Source: Streptomyces sp. NPDC050315 (GTDB lineage: Bacteria > Actinomycetota > Actinomycetes > Streptomycetales > Streptomycetaceae). From it: a stretch of DNA of 32,000 nucleotides. The notes below the pieces were generated by a model. It saw only the letters and a list, made by a program, of their open reading frames with translations, was not told where the DNA came from and did not search any database. Both the position numbers and the translations under genes were made by a program. Each line of letters opens with the position of its first letter. Within the stretch, counting starts at the first letter, position 1. The stretch covers positions 190,832 through 222,831 of the forward strand of contig NZ_JBFAKN010000002.1 in NCBI RefSeq assembly GCF_040655775.1, in the 5' to 3' direction. Positions 30,827 through 32,000 of the stretch are shown here, one piece after another.

Positions 30827-31729
30827 GTGGGAGACACCCGTCCCGGCAGCGAGGTCGTGCACGGCTATCCGCATCTGGAGACGGTCCGGGCGGCCGTGAC
30901 CGCGCTGTACAAACGGATGTCGTACGACACCGTGCGCACCTTCGAGACCGCCGTGCCGCCCGTCGACGCGGCGTTCGGCGACGAGGAGGATCTGCACCTG
31001 GGCGTGGCGCGGGTGGCCCGGGCGATGGTGGCGCATCTGCGGCTGCCGGACGCCCGCATGATCGTCTCGTTCCGCGGGATGCGGCACGCGGCGCACGTCG
31101 AACTGACCGCGGGCCCCGAGTACTTCATCGAGCTCAACGACCGCTTCCGCAACCACCGCCGGGACATCGCCGCCGCGCTCGCGCACGAGGTGATGCACAT
31201 CTACCTGCACCGCCTCGGCCTGTCCTTCCCCGGCACGCACGCCAACGAGATCCTCACCGACACCGCGACCGCCTACCTCGGCGCGGGCTGGCTGCTGCTG
31301 GACGCCTACCGCGAGCACGGCACGTCCTCGCAGAAGCTGGGCTACCTCACCCCCGAGGAGTTCGGCTACGTCCTCGCCAAGCGGGCGCTGTTCTTCGGCG
31401 AGGACCCGGCGCCGTGGTTCACCAGCCCGCAGGCGTACGACGCCTACCGCGCGGGGCGGCTGCGGGCGCTGCACGACACCCGGCAGCCGCCGCTGGCCGC
31501 CGCGGGCCGGGCCGACCGGTGGCGGTACGCGAAGGACCGGCGCGCCGCGCGGGTGCCGCGCCGCTCCCCCGGCCCGCCGCCGGACGCCGGCTACGCCTTC
31601 GACGGTCCGGGCCCGCTCCGCGTCTCCTTCCCGTGCCCGGTCTGCCACCAGCGCATCCGGCTCCCCGTACGCGGCCCCCTCCGCGCCCGCTGCGCCCTGT
31701 GCCGCACGGAGCTGGAGTGCGACACGTAG
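30827..31729 (+). CDS. Putative zinc metallopeptidase-like protein (HExxH) with a C-terminal CxxC...CxxC zinc ribbon
   Basis: ALAHEVMHIYLH, with Glu 21 residues after the first His (THANEILTD). The C-terminus reads CPVCHQRIRLPVRGPLRARCALCRTELEC. The start is ambiguous (GTG 30827, GTG 30857, ATG 30917). The first 393 aa of the track ORF are antisense to sprT/GH101 and are rejected. Confidence 0.6.
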   Translation: MGDTRPGSEVVHGYPHLETVRAAVTALYKRMSYDTVRTFETAVPPVDAAFGDEEDLHLGVARVARAMVAHLRLPDARMIVSFRGMRHAAHVELTAGPEYFIELNDRFRNHRRDIAAALAHEVMHIYLHRLGLSFPGTHANEILTDTATAYLGAGWLLLDAYREHGTSSQKLGYLTPEEFGYVLAKRALFFGEDPAPWFTSPQAYDAYRAGRLRALHDTRQPPLAAAGRADRWRYAKDRRAARVPRRSPGPPPDAGYAFDGPGPLRVSFPCPVCHQRIRLPVRGPLRARCALCRTELECDT

Positions 31730-31733
31730 GAGC

Positions 31734-31751
31734 TGCGGGCGGCGGCCCGCG
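31734..31751 (+). terminator. GC hairpin after the HExxH gene stop
   Basis: TGCGGGC-GGCG-GCCCGCG (6-7 bp stem, 4-nt loop), 5 nt after TAG 31727-31729, with no U-tract. Confidence 0.3.
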
Positions 31752-31793
31752 CCGGTGAGGCTTCGAGCGCGCTCCAGCGCCTAGGCTCGCCGG

Positions 31794-32000
31794 TATGAGC
31801 CCTTCCATCGCGACGAACAAGAAGGTCGAACTCCCCGAGCTGCTGGAGTTCGTCCGGCCCCGGCACCGTGCCATCCTGCTGACCCGCCGGTCCGACGGCA
31901 CCCCTCAGGGCTCGCCGTTGACCTGCGGCGTGGACGACTCGGGGCGGATCGTGATCTCGACGTACCCGGAGCGTGCCAAGGTACGCAATGCGCGCCGCGC
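31794..32000 (+). CDS. PPOX-class (pyridoxamine 5'-phosphate oxidase fold), probably F420-dependent oxidoreductase; 3' end outside the window
   Basis: My own translation from ATG 31794: MSPSIATNKKVELPELLEFVRPRHRAILLTRRSDGTPQGSPLTCGVDDSGRIVISTYPERAKVRNARR. It follows the L.T...DG.PQ.S......dg.i.is.....K..N.RR pattern of this family. It is absent from the ORF track because no stop lies in the window. Confidence 0.55.

Overview
This is high-GC, Streptomyces-type chromosomal DNA. I can support 24 protein-coding genes, one of them cut by the window end. I saw no rRNA, tRNA, CRISPR array, transposase or integrase. Many long ORFs in the track are antisense or out-of-frame shadows typical of GC-rich DNA. 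Several real genes start well downstream of the track start, and I re-derived those starts by hand from RBS, coupling and overlap logic.

Left arm (1-8.9 kb): a Tat-exported CpdB/UshA-like nucleotidase. Next is a translationally coupled PLP-decarboxylase + N-hydroxylating flavin monooxygenase pair (DesA/DesB-like). It is preceded by an IdeR/DmdR-type iron box but has no acyltransferase or NIS synthetase partner in the window. Then come aminopeptidase N and a MarR regulator.

Centre (8.9-21.5 kb): a ~12.6 kb, 12-gene minus-strand operon. On the minus strand it runs aldehyde dehydrogenase, a 376-nt G-tract spacer, extradiol dioxygenase, AspDH-fold protein, alpha/beta hydrolase, cupin, SDR, an SDR lacking the Ser/Tyr/Lys triad, ThDP enzyme, PDR/VanB reductase, a 73-aa coupled ORF, VanA-like Rieske oxygenase and an MFS transporter. 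This looks like an uncharacterised aromatic catabolic route and is my top candidate for something new. It is transcribed divergently from a second MFS gene across a repeat- and palindrome-rich control region.

Right arm (22-32 kb): an AraC regulator, a cytoplasmic GH35 beta-galactosidase, a Tat-exported GH101 endo-alpha-N-acetylgalactosaminidase-like protein and an SGT-like secreted trypsin. Together these suggest an O-glycoprotein foraging locus. They are followed by a HExxH/zinc-ribbon protein and a partial PPOX/F420-type gene.

Recurrent oddities: low-complexity Thr/Ser/Ala/Pro/His-rich extensions or insertions in at least five enzymes and transporters, and heterogeneous synonymous-codon style between neighbouring genes.

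All family assignments come from motifs I recognise by eye. No database search was run.
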